Below are positions 1 through 10,964 of a stretch of 64,000 nt of DNA, piece by piece. Under the pieces are notes generated by a model. That model worked only from the letters and a program-made list of their open reading frames with translations. It ran no database searches and was not told the DNA's origin. How positions within the stretch are numbered: the first letter of the stretch is position 1; every line of letters starts with the position of its first letter. The stretch lies in the NCBI GenBank assembly GCA_963750935.1, contig CAVVSR010000014.1, positions 834,847 through 898,846 on the forward strand, given 5' to 3'. The stretch is from an uncultured Acidobacteriota bacterium. GTDB lineage: Bacteria > Acidobacteriota > Vicinamibacteria > Vicinamibacterales > 2-12-FULL-66-21. Made by a program: the position numbers and the translations under genes.

Positions 1-2
1 AG

Positions 3-161
3 GTCATCACGACCAGTGGCATCTACGGGACCATCACGCGCCTCACCGACAAGACCGTCCAGGTCCAGATCGCGGACAAGGTGCGGATCGAGGTCGCGCG
101 TCAGGCCGTCGCCGGCTACCAGGGCCAGGAACCCGTGGTGACCGAAGGCGGCAACCTCTAG
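3..161 (+). CDS. yajC: preprotein translocase subunit YajC, C-terminal fragment (5' end outside window)
   Basis: Frame-3 translation VITTSGIYGTITRLTDKTVQVQIADKVRIEVARQAV... ends at TAG 159-161. It resembles the YajC C-terminus and sits directly upstream of secD-secF, the usual synteny. Confidence 0.7.
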   Translation, partial: VITTSGIYGTITRLTDKTVQVQIADKVRIEVARQAVAGYQGQEPVVTEGGNL

Positions 162-169
162 GACGATCA

Positions 170-1774
170 ATGAAGAATCTTCGCTGGAAACTGCTCACGG
201 TACTCGGCGTGTTCGTCGTGTTCTTCACCATGGGTGTCTATCCGATCCTCGCCGCCAGGTACAACCTGCCGGCACCTGCCTGGGTGAAGGCCAAACAACT
301 CAAGCTGGGTCTGGACCTCAAGGGCGGCGTGCACCTCGTCATGCGCGTGCACACCGACGAAGCGCTGACGACCTCCGGGCAGACGACCGGCGAGCAGCTG
401 CGCGAGCGGCTGCGGACGGCGGGCGTCACGATTGGCGCGATCACCACGCCGGCACCGGCGACGATTCGCGTCGAGGGCGTGCCGCAGGATCGCGACGCCG
501 AGTTCCGGACCGTCTCGGACGAAATCCTCGGCACGAACTACGAACGGAACCCCGGCGCCGGCGGCGTCTACGAGTTCAAGCTGCGGCCGAACATCGAACG
601 GGACATGCGCGAGCAGACCGTGGTGCAGGCGCAGGAAACCATCGATCGCCGCGTCAACGAGCTCGGCGTGACCGAGCCGAACATCTCGCGCTTCGGCGAT
701 GCCGGCGATCAGCTGCTGGTGCAGCTGCCGGGCGTGTCCGAGGTGGCGCGCGCGAAAGAAGTCATCCGGTCCACCGCGCAGCTCCAGTTCAAGCTGGTCG
801 AGAGCGGCCCGTCCAGCTCGCAGGAGGCGCTGCTCCAGTCGCACGGCGGCAAGGTGCCGCCCGACATGGAGGTCGTGTCCGGCGCCGCGGGCTCGGCCGA
901 GGCCGGCACGTCGTACTACCTGCTGCGCCGGACGTCGGTGGTGACCGGGCAGGATCTCCGCGTCTCGCGTGCGACGCTCGACGAGAACGGCCGCCCGGCG
1001 GTGGGCTTCTCGCTGACCCGCGAGGGCGCGGCAAAGTTCGGCAAGGCGACCGGCGAGAACATCGGGCGATTCCTGGCGATCGTCCTCGACAACCGCGTCC
1101 AGTCGGCGCCGCGCATCGAGGGCCGCATCAATGACGAGGGGCGCATCGCCGGCAGCTTTACCCAGCAGGAAGTCGCGGATCTGGCGCTGGTCCTGAACTC
1201 CGGTGCGCTGCCCGCTTCGATGAGCTATCTCGAAGAGCGCACGATTGGTCCCACCCTCGGCGCCGACTCGATCCGGTCCGGCGTCGCGGCCTCGCTCGCG
1301 GGCCTCGCGCTGGTCGTCGTCTTCATGCTGGGGTATTACAAGCTTTCCGGCATCAACGCCGTCCTGGCGATGATCGTCAACCTGGTGATGGTGCTCGGGC
1401 TGATGGCGTACTTCGGCGCGGCCATGACGCTGCCCGGCATCGCCGGCTTCATCCTCACGATGGGCATGGGCGTCGACTCGAACGTGCTGATCTTCGAGCG
1501 CATCAAGGAGGAGCTCGCGGCGCAGCGCGGCGCGCGCGCGGCCGTGCACGCGAGCTTCTCGCGCGTGTTCCTGACGCTGCTCGACACGCACATCACGGCG
1601 CTCATCGCCGCCGCCTTCCTGTTCCAGTTCGGCACCGGACCGATCCGCGGGTTCGCCACCACGCTGGTCGTCGGTCTCGTGACCAACCTGTTCACGTCAA
1701 TTTTCGTGTCGAGGACGCTGTTCGAGGCCGCGCTCAGCCGGCAGTCAGCGGCGCAGCCCTCCTTGAGCATCTAG
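170..1774 (+). CDS. secD: protein translocase subunit SecD
   Basis: 534-aa ORF. N-terminal TM helix, periplasmic domain (LGLDLKGGVHLV motif) and C-terminal 6-TM region typical of SecD. Followed by secF. Confidence 0.95.
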   Translation: MKNLRWKLLTVLGVFVVFFTMGVYPILAARYNLPAPAWVKAKQLKLGLDLKGGVHLVMRVHTDEALTTSGQTTGEQLRERLRTAGVTIGAITTPAPATIRVEGVPQDRDAEFRTVSDEILGTNYERNPGAGGVYEFKLRPNIERDMREQTVVQAQETIDRRVNELGVTEPNISRFGDAGDQLLVQLPGVSEVARAKEVIRSTAQLQFKLVESGPSSSQEALLQSHGGKVPPDMEVVSGAAGSAEAGTSYYLLRRTSVVTGQDLRVSRATLDENGRPAVGFSLTREGAAKFGKATGENIGRFLAIVLDNRVQSAPRIEGRINDEGRIAGSFTQQEVADLALVLNSGALPASMSYLEERTIGPTLGADSIRSGVAASLAGLALVVVFMLGYYKLSGINAVLAMIVNLVMVLGLMAYFGAAMTLPGIAGFILTMGMGVDSNVLIFERIKEELAAQRGARAAVHASFSRVFLTLLDTHITALIAAAFLFQFGTGPIRGFATTLVVGLVTNLFTSIFVSRTLFEAALSRQSAAQPSLSI

Positions 1775-1781
1775 GGTCATC

Positions 1782-2771
1782 ATGCAGCTTTTCACGAACA
1801 CCAATTTCGACTTCGTCCGCTGGCGCTGGCACGCCATCGGGCTCTCCCTCGTGGTCATCCTCGCCGGCATGGGGCTGATCGCCACCCGCGGCCTTGCCAA
1901 GGGCGTCGACTTCGAAGGCGGCACCATCGTCATCGCCCGGTTCGATCAGCCGAAGCAGATCCAGGAAGTGCGGGCCGCGCTCGCCGCCAACCTGCCGAAC
2001 GGCGGGGATTCGGTGGTCCAGGAGTACGGCCCGCGCGAGAACAACACCGTGATGATCCGGGTGCGGCGCACCGGGTCCGAGTCCGGCGGCGACCTCAGTC
2101 GCGAGGCCGACCTGGTGGTCGCGGCGCTCAAGAAGAGCAACCTCGGTGGGTTCAGGGTCGAGGGCACGGAGATCGTCGGACCGGTGATCGGCGAGCAGCT
2201 GCGGCGCCGCGGCGTGCTGGCGACGGTGCTGGCGCTGGCCGGGATCCTCGCCTACATCGCGTTGCGCTTTCAGCTCAGTTTCGCGGTCGGCGCCGTCGCG
2301 GCGACCCTGCACGACCTCCTCGTCACGATGGCGTTCCTGGCGTTCTTCAACTACGAGCTGACGCTGAACATCATCGCCGGCCTCCTGACGATCACCGGCT
2401 ACTCGGTCAACGACACCATCGTGGTGTTCGACCGCGTGCGCGAGAACATGCGGGCGATGCGTCGTGACAACCTGGCGCACATCGTCAACGTCGCCGTCAA
2501 CCAGACGCTCAGCCGCACGGTCATCACCGCGGGCACGACGCTGCTCAGCGTCATCGCGCTGTATCTGTTCGGCGGCGAGGTGCTGGAAGGCTTTGCCTTC
2601 ACGATGCTGATCGGCATCATCAGCGGCACCTACTCGACGGTGTTCATCGCGGCGGCGATCGCGATCATGATTCAGGGACGCAAGCCGATTAAGGGGCAGG
2701 TGGCACCGGCCGCGCCCGCCTCGGCCCAGGCCCCCGCGGCGCGCAAGCCGGGCCGCCGGCGCGTCTCCTGA
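1782..2771 (+). CDS. secF: protein translocase subunit SecF
   Basis: 329-aa ORF 8 nt after secD. The FDFVRWRWHAIGLSLVV and GVDFEGGT motifs and the C-terminal TM bundle are typical of SecF. Confidence 0.95.
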   Translation: MQLFTNTNFDFVRWRWHAIGLSLVVILAGMGLIATRGLAKGVDFEGGTIVIARFDQPKQIQEVRAALAANLPNGGDSVVQEYGPRENNTVMIRVRRTGSESGGDLSREADLVVAALKKSNLGGFRVEGTEIVGPVIGEQLRRRGVLATVLALAGILAYIALRFQLSFAVGAVAATLHDLLVTMAFLAFFNYELTLNIIAGLLTITGYSVNDTIVVFDRVRENMRAMRRDNLAHIVNVAVNQTLSRTVITAGTTLLSVIALYLFGGEVLEGFAFTMLIGIISGTYSTVFIAAAIAIMIQGRKPIKGQVAPAAPASAQAPAARKPGRRRVS

Positions 2772-2781
2772 CGCCGGCCTG

Positions 2782-3582
2782 GTGACTCTGATCGCTGCCG
2801 CGCTCCTCGGGATCGTCCAGGGACTCACCGAGTTCCTGCCGGTGTCCTCGACGGCGCACCTGCTGATCGGCGCGCGGCTGATTGGGTTCGATGATCCGGG
2901 CGGCGTCTTCACGGTGACGATCCAGCTCGGAGCGATTCTCGCGGTCATGTGGTTGTACCGCGAGAAGATCCTCCGCGTCATCATCGGGCTGCCGTCGGAT
3001 CCCGACGCGCGCCACTTCGCCCTGATGGTGTTCGTGGCGTTCCTGCCGGCCGTCGTGGCCGGCGCGTTGTTCGCCGGCTACGTGAAGCGCGTCCTGTATA
3101 CGACGCCCGCGGTGATCGCGTGGTCGTTCATCATCGGCGGCATCGTGATGCTGATCGCGGAGCGGTATCGTCCTGAGCCGGTCGTGCGGAATGCCGATCA
3201 CACGTCGCTGGGGCGCGCGCTGGCGATTGGCGCCTGCCAGGTGCTGGCGATGATTCCCGGCGTCTCGCGATCCGGCGCCACCATCGTCGGGGCCATGCTG
3301 CTGCGGCTCGATCGTCCGGCCGCGGCCGAATTCTCGTTTTTTCTGGCGATGCCAACCATGACGGCGGCGTTCGCGCACGACATGCTCGAGGCCCGGCACA
3401 GCCTGGGAACGGACCGCCTCGCGGAGATCGCGGTGGGGTTCGTCCTGGCGTTCATCGCGGCGCTGGTCGTCGTCAAGCCGTTCCTTGCGGTGGTGCGGCG
3501 GGTCGGCTTCGTGCCGTTCGCCTGGTACAGGATTGGCGCCGGCGTGCTCCTGTTGATCGCGCTGGCCGCTCGCGCGTTGTAG
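2782..3582 (+). CDS. uppP: undecaprenyl-diphosphate phosphatase (BacA/UppP)
   Basis: 266-aa polytopic ORF with GTG start. Carries the signature GIVQGLTEFLPVSSTAHL and the PGVSRSGATI motif of the UppP family. Confidence 0.9.
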   Translation: MTLIAAALLGIVQGLTEFLPVSSTAHLLIGARLIGFDDPGGVFTVTIQLGAILAVMWLYREKILRVIIGLPSDPDARHFALMVFVAFLPAVVAGALFAGYVKRVLYTTPAVIAWSFIIGGIVMLIAERYRPEPVVRNADHTSLGRALAIGACQVLAMIPGVSRSGATIVGAMLLRLDRPAAAEFSFFLAMPTMTAAFAHDMLEARHSLGTDRLAEIAVGFVLAFIAALVVVKPFLAVVRRVGFVPFAWYRIGAGVLLLIALAARAL

Positions 3583-3592
3583 GGGCGGCGCG

Positions 3593-4240
3593 ATGCAGTG
3601 GTTGCGGCGCACCTTCATTGCCGGGTTCTTCGTCACGGTGCCGCTCGTGATCAGCGTCGCCGCGTTCGTCTGGATCTTCCGCGTCGTGGACGGGTTCGTC
3701 GGCCCGTTCTATGACGACTGGCTCCAGCGTCTCAGTGGCGATCCCGCCACGCCGATTCACATTCCGGGCCTCGGCATCCTCACCACCGCGCTGATCGTGC
3801 TGTTCGTCGGCGCATTGGCAACCAACGTGCTGGGCAAACGGGTGCTCCAGCGAACAGAGGGGTACCTGTTGAAGGTGCCGGTGTTCCGGACGATCTATTC
3901 TCCCGTGAAGCAGCTAGTTGTCGCCTTCTCGCCAGATAACGAGTACGGATTCAAACGCGTGGTGCTGGTCGAAGACAGCGCGCGCGGATTCCTCCTCGGC
4001 TTTCTCACGAAGGAATTCACGGTGGATCGCGGCGCCGGTCCGGAGCCGCTGGTGGCGGTCTACGTGCCGACCAATCATCTCTACCTGGGTGATGTCATCA
4101 TCTGTCCGCGCGACAAGGCCTCGTACCCCGACATCACGGTTGAACAAGGCATCCGGATTTTTCTGACCGGCGGCGTCGCGCTCTCCAGCCGGCTGCGCGC
4201 CCGGCGCGGCGGCGATCGCGTCGCCGACTTCCGCGTCTGA
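3593..4240 (+). CDS. DUF502 domain-containing membrane protein
   Basis: 215-aa ORF with two N-terminal TM helices (FIAGFFVTVPLVISV..., LGILTTALIVLFVG) and a conserved YSPVKQ-type segment, as in DUF502 proteins. Confidence 0.7.
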   Translation: MQWLRRTFIAGFFVTVPLVISVAAFVWIFRVVDGFVGPFYDDWLQRLSGDPATPIHIPGLGILTTALIVLFVGALATNVLGKRVLQRTEGYLLKVPVFRTIYSPVKQLVVAFSPDNEYGFKRVVLVEDSARGFLLGFLTKEFTVDRGAGPEPLVAVYVPTNHLYLGDVIICPRDKASYPDITVEQGIRIFLTGGVALSSRLRARRGGDRVADFRV

Positions 4241-4357
4241 CGACCTGGGCCGGGGGCCGGCCAGATTCCTCCGTCATCAGCCCGGGTTCGACGAGCATCT
4301 ATCGTACGATTCGGGGCTTTTATGTGCCGGGAACGTGACTGTTTTCAGAGGAGACCA

Positions 4358-6842
<2,485 letters not shown>

Positions 6843-6930
6843 AGTCTGCCTTACAGCGGACCAATGCGCATGCCGCCTCTCATGGGCCATTTCGCGGGTT
6901 GTGGTGTCTAAATCTCGCAAGGAAGGTTCG

Positions 6931-6960
6931 TTGACACTGGTTTTTCGGTCTGACTATAAT
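6931..6960 (+). promoter_or_regulatory. sigma70-type promoter for the tonB-exbB-exbD-exbD operon
   Basis: TTGACA (6931-6936), an 18-nt spacer, then TATAAT (6955-6960), 68 nt upstream of the tonB GTG. RBS GGAGGG lies at 7013-7018. Confidence 0.5.
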
Positions 6961-7027
6961 TCGCGGTCTTGCAAGGCCCCAGATTTGGCGGTATTGCGAG
7001 GTAAAAGGCCGCGAGGAGGGCTCAACC

Positions 7028-7752
7028 GTGCCGCGTGATATGTTCGGCGACGTCGTCGAAACGTCAATCAAACTCGGGTCGCAGAAGTGGTACACGGTGC
7101 CTCTCTCGATCATCGCGCACGTGGTGCTCTTCGGTGCCGTCATCATCATTCCGTTGATGGCGACGGACGTGCTGCCGACCCCACAGACCATGATGGCGTT
7201 TGCGGCACCGCCGCCACCGCCGCCACCGCCGCCACCGCCGCCTCCGGCCGCGGCTGCACCGCCGAAGGTGACGCCGACGCCGGTGACGAATCCCAACGCG
7301 GCGCCGACCGAGGCACCGAAAGAGATCGCTCCGGAACCGCCGGCGACCACGGGCGTCAGTGAAGGCGTACCGGGCGGCGTCGAAGGCGGCATTCCCGGCG
7401 GCACCATCGGTGGCGTCGTCGGCGGCCTGCCCTCGGCTCCGCCGCCACCCCCCCGCCGCCGACGGCGCCGGTCCGCGTCGGCGGCAACATCCGGGCCCCT
7501 ACGCGCGTGAAGAACGTCAACCCGATCTATCCGCCGATCGCGCAGTCGGCGCGCGTGTCGGGCATCGTCATCATCGAGGCGACGATTGGCCCCGACGGGC
7601 GGGTCAAGGATGCCAAGGTCCTGCGCTCCATTCCCCTGCTGGACCAGGCCGCGCTCGATGCGGTGAAGCAGTGGACGTACACCCCGACGCTGCTCAACGG
7701 CGTCCCGGTGCCGGTCATCATGACCGTGACGGTGAATTTCACGCTGCAGTGA
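7028..7752 (+). pseudogene. tonB: energy transducer TonB, frame broken inside a C7 run (7448-7454) in the Pro-rich linker
   Basis: N-terminal TM anchor and poly-Pro region are in frame 2. The C-terminal TonB domain (PVRVGGNIRAPTRVKNVNPIYPPIAQSARVSG...VNFTLQ) is in frame 1. The frames meet in caCCCCCCCgcc. Confidence 0.85.
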
Positions 7753-7901
7753 TATCCAGATTCTGACCGTCGAGCGGCGCCACGCACGGCGTCGCCCGGC
7801 GGTCCGTGTTCGGATTGAGGCGGGGCTCGTGGCCCCGCCGTTTGTTTCGATTAGGTGTGCAATATTCCCTGGAGAGTCTCCAGGACCGGAGGAGTGGCGC
7901 A

Positions 7902-8573
7902 ATGGACTTGATGCACATGTGGGATCAGATGGGCTTCGTGGCGAAGGCCATCGGCGTGATTTTGATCATCATGTCGATGATCTCGTTCGGCGTCGCCATC
8001 GAACGGATCTATACGTTCACGCAGGCGCGTAAGCAGTCGAAGCTCTATGCCCCCCAGGTCGCGAAGCACCTGAAAGAGGGACGGCTCAAGGACGCCATTG
8101 CGATTTCGTCCTCGAAGAACTACCGCTACAGTCATCTGGCGAAGGTCGTCCTCGCCGGATTGCAGGAATATCAGTTCCAGCAGGAAACCGGCGCCAATCT
8201 GAGCCGCGAGGACCTGGTGGACACCGTGCGCCGCGCCATTCAGCGCGCCTCGGCACTCACCGCGAACGACCTCAAGAAGGGCGTCGCCTCGCTCGCCACG
8301 ATCGGCTCGACGGCGCCGTTCGTCGGACTGCTCGGCACGGTCGTCGGCATCATCACCGCGTTCCAGGGCATCGCGGCCACCGGCTCCGGCGGTCTCGGCG
8401 CGGTCTCGGCCGGTATCTCGGAAGCGCTCGTCGAAACGGCGCTCGGCCTCGTCGTCGCGATTCCGGCGGTGTGGTTCTACAACTACCTCACCGGCCGCAT
8501 CGAGTACTTCAACGTCGAGATGGACAACTCGTCGTCCGAGCTGGTCGACTACTTCATCAAGAAGACCACCTAA
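7902..8573 (+). CDS. exbB: MotA/TolQ/ExbB proton channel family protein
   Basis: ATG 7902 is preceded by GGAGGAG. Three TM helices and the conserved LATIGSTAPFVGLLGTVVGI segment are present. Lies downstream of tonB. Confidence 0.9.
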   Translation: MDLMHMWDQMGFVAKAIGVILIIMSMISFGVAIERIYTFTQARKQSKLYAPQVAKHLKEGRLKDAIAISSSKNYRYSHLAKVVLAGLQEYQFQQETGANLSREDLVDTVRRAIQRASALTANDLKKGVASLATIGSTAPFVGLLGTVVGIITAFQGIAATGSGGLGAVSAGISEALVETALGLVVAIPAVWFYNYLTGRIEYFNVEMDNSSSELVDYFIKKTT

Positions 8574-8612
8574 GGCGGCTCACGTTTCCGGCATCAGCAA
8601 GGAGTCATCCCC

Positions 8613-9050
8613 ATGGCAATGTCAACCGGTAAAGGAGGAGGACTAAACTCCGACATCAACGTCACGCCGCTCGTCGACGTGATGCTGGTCCTCCTCATCA
8701 TCATGATGCTGATCGCGCCAATGCTGCAGAAGGGCGTGCCCGTGCAGCTGCCGCTGGCCGACAACACCGTCCAGAAGCCGGAAACGCAGGACCAGACGGT
8801 GCTCGCGGTCGACCGCAGCAACAAGTTCTACGTGAACAGCATCGAGGTCGACAGAGGGTCGATGGCGGATCGCGTCAAGGCCGCGCTCGAGGACAAGACC
8901 GAGCGCATCGTCCTGATCAAGGCTGACCAGGACGCCAGCTACGCGGCGGTCATGCAGGCGATGGACGACCTCCGCAAGGTCGGCATCGAAGACATCGGCC
9001 TCATCACCGATCCCAAGACCCGTCAGCCGGCGACGGCGGGAGGCAAGTAA
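8613..9050 (+). CDS. exbD: biopolymer transporter ExbD/TolR
   Basis: 145-aa ORF with the ExbD signature INVTPLVDVMLVLLIIFM-like N-terminus and a periplasmic domain. Confidence 0.9.
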   Translation: MAMSTGKGGGLNSDINVTPLVDVMLVLLIIMMLIAPMLQKGVPVQLPLADNTVQKPETQDQTVLAVDRSNKFYVNSIEVDRGSMADRVKAALEDKTERIVLIKADQDASYAAVMQAMDDLRKVGIEDIGLITDPKTRQPATAGGK

Positions 9051-9508
9051 TGGCTCACGCACATTCGCACCACGGCGCCGAGCGCGTCGTCAAGGGTGAG
9101 ACGCCGCACGCCAGTGCGGACATGAACGTCACGCCGCTCATCGACGTGCTGCTCGTGCTCCTGATCATCTTCATGGCGGCGCTGCCGTTGACGCAGAAGG
9201 GCGTCGACGTCAACCTGCCGCTCGAGACGAAGTCGGCGGACCAGGTCGTCGATCCCAACCAGATCGTCCTCGACATCACCGCCGACAAGTCGATCTCGGT
9301 GAACAAGCAGGTGGTCGCGCTCGACGGTCTGCAGGAGTTCCTGCGCACGACCTTCGAGGGGCGCAAGGAAAAGACGATGTTCATCATCGGCGCCCCGACC
9401 CTGAAGTATGGCGACATCATCGCCGTGATCGACGCAGCCAAGGGCGCCGGCGTCGACAAGGTCGGGATCGTCACCGAGGGCATGCGGGGCACGACCGCGT
9501 CGAACTGA
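9050..9508 (+). CDS. exbD: biopolymer transporter ExbD/TolR (second copy)
   Basis: 152-aa ORF whose start overlaps the previous stop (TAATG). Carries the MNVTPLIDVLLVLLIIFM motif. Confidence 0.9.
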   Translation: MAHAHSHHGAERVVKGETPHASADMNVTPLIDVLLVLLIIFMAALPLTQKGVDVNLPLETKSADQVVDPNQIVLDITADKSISVNKQVVALDGLQEFLRTTFEGRKEKTMFIIGAPTLKYGDIIAVIDAAKGAGVDKVGIVTEGMRGTTASN

Positions 9509-9529
9509 CGGCGGACGCTTCAGGACACG

Positions 9530-9566
9530 AAAAAAGGGCGGCACCGTGAGGTGCCGCCCTTTTTTG
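9530..9566. terminator. bidirectional rho-independent terminator
   Basis: AAAAAA-GGGCGGCACC-GTGA-GGTGCCGCCC-TTTTTT. A perfect 10-bp GC stem flanked by A and T runs, between convergent exbD and the TPR lipoprotein gene. Confidence 0.85.
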
Positions 9567-9766
9567 CTTCGTTCAGGCTCGGGCCCCCGGCGCCCGCGCT
9601 CCCTGCCGCCCTGTGCCCCCTGGGTCCGGGCCCCGTTCCCCTTCGTTCGTTCCTCTCGGGACGCCCTGACCGGCCTGCTGCGCCTCGTCGGGCCCGTCTC
9701 ACGGAAGCGGTCGGACGTCTTGACCTCGTCGCACCGCCTCGCGTGGGGCCGGGCCCGCCGGTTGGC

Positions 9767-10747
9767 TTACTGGCCGGACGGCTTGCCGCCGGTCTTCTGC
9801 AGCGACATCGCCTTGTTGCGGAGCTCGTCGGCTTCCTTGATGAGCGCCTGCTGCTTGTCCCGGTCCTTCTCGAGGTTGGCCTGCTGCCGCAGCAGGATGT
9901 TCTTGTAGACCAGCGCGTCGATGTAGTTGCCGTTGAGCGCGAGGGCCTTGTTCTCGGCCTCGATGCCCTTGGCGATGAACTCACGCTTCTGGGCGTCGTT
10001 GATGCGGAAGTCCTTGGCGGCCTTCTCCTGGTAGTAGCTGCCGACCAGGTGGTAGCCCTGCGGGTTGTTCGGTTCGAGGTCGGCGGCCTTGTGGAAGGCC
10101 TCCATGGTCTTGTCGAACTCTCCCTGGCGGTTGTAATAGCCGGCGATGGCGTTGTAGACGGCCGGGTCGTTCGGCTTGGCCTCACGGGCCTTCAGGAGCG
10201 CCTGCTCGGCATCGTCGTACCGGCCGGACTGTTCGTAAATCTGCGACAACTGGAAATAGGCGCCCGGATCGCTGGGGTCCAGTTGAATCATCCGCTGGAC
10301 CACCGGCTCGGCCTGGGCCGGGTCGTTCAGCTTGTCGGCGGCGTACGCGGCGACCAGGTATTCCAGCGAACGGCGCTTGATCAGGGGGTCCTTGGACCGT
10401 TCGGCGGCAATCGTGTAGTTCTCGATCGCCTTGGTCATGAAGCCGTCGTTCTCCGCCTCCCCCTTCTTGGCGGGCTTGAACAGGTTGTCGTAGCTGTTGC
10501 CGAGGAAGAAATAGGCCGCCAGGAAGTCCGGCTGGGACTCGTAGTCGGGGTTGGCGGCAAGGACCGCCTCGTACCGCTCGATGGCCTCGCGCCACCGCTG
10601 ACTCCGGTAGTGGTCGTTGGCTTCCTTGAAGGCCTTCATGGCCTTCAGATTCTGGAACGAATACTTGCCACAGCCGGCGGTCGCAGCGCTGAGGCCGATG
10701 ACGAGGACTGCCATCGCCACCGCGACTGCCCGAATACGGGTCTTCAT
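9767..10747 (-). CDS. tetratricopeptide-repeat lipoprotein
   Basis: 326-aa ORF. Signal peptide with lipobox (LSAATAGC) followed by multiple TPR-like repeats (AIERYEAVLAANPDY..., YFQLSQIYEQSGRYDDAEQAL...). Confidence 0.8.
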   Translation of the reverse strand: MKTRIRAVAVAMAVLVIGLSAATAGCGKYSFQNLKAMKAFKEANDHYRSQRWREAIERYEAVLAANPDYESQPDFLAAYFFLGNSYDNLFKPAKKGEAENDGFMTKAIENYTIAAERSKDPLIKRRSLEYLVAAYAADKLNDPAQAEPVVQRMIQLDPSDPGAYFQLSQIYEQSGRYDDAEQALLKAREAKPNDPAVYNAIAGYYNRQGEFDKTMEAFHKAADLEPNNPQGYHLVGSYYQEKAAKDFRINDAQKREFIAKGIEAENKALALNGNYIDALVYKNILLRQQANLEKDRDKQQALIKEADELRNKAMSLQKTGGKPSGQ

Positions 10748-10964
10748 GTTCTCCCTCGAAGGCGCGAGACGCTGTCACGTGGCGCGCTGAAAGTGGGTAT
10801 TAGAATGGTGCAGGCACGGACGGGGGGACTGCCGGGCGCCTGAACCGGGTCAGTATAGTGAACCAAAAAACGCGCCGTCAACCTGCCCCCATGAGCTGAT
10901 TTGGTCGACTGCGCGGGCCTTTCCAACGCAAGCTTCCGTCCTGAAGGTTTAGACACCGACATAA

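Noticed and set aside
167-1591. 474-aa minus-strand ORF antisense to secD. Similar long antisense or alternative-frame ORFs include 1734..2984, 4749..6599, 10878..12794, 15573..16646, 21013..22905, 38816..41137, 39103..41907 and 59198..61036.
   Set aside because: They are Arg/Ala/Gly/Pro/His-rich low-complexity translations with no recognisable motifs. They lie opposite, or out of frame with, genes that have strong family signatures. They are typical stop-codon-poor shadow ORFs of high-G+C DNA.
6880-7902. 340-aa minus-strand ORF containing a poly-Gly run.
   Set aside because: It is the antisense reading of the tonB Pro-rich (CCN) linker and of the tonB promoter region. It has no independent coding evidence.
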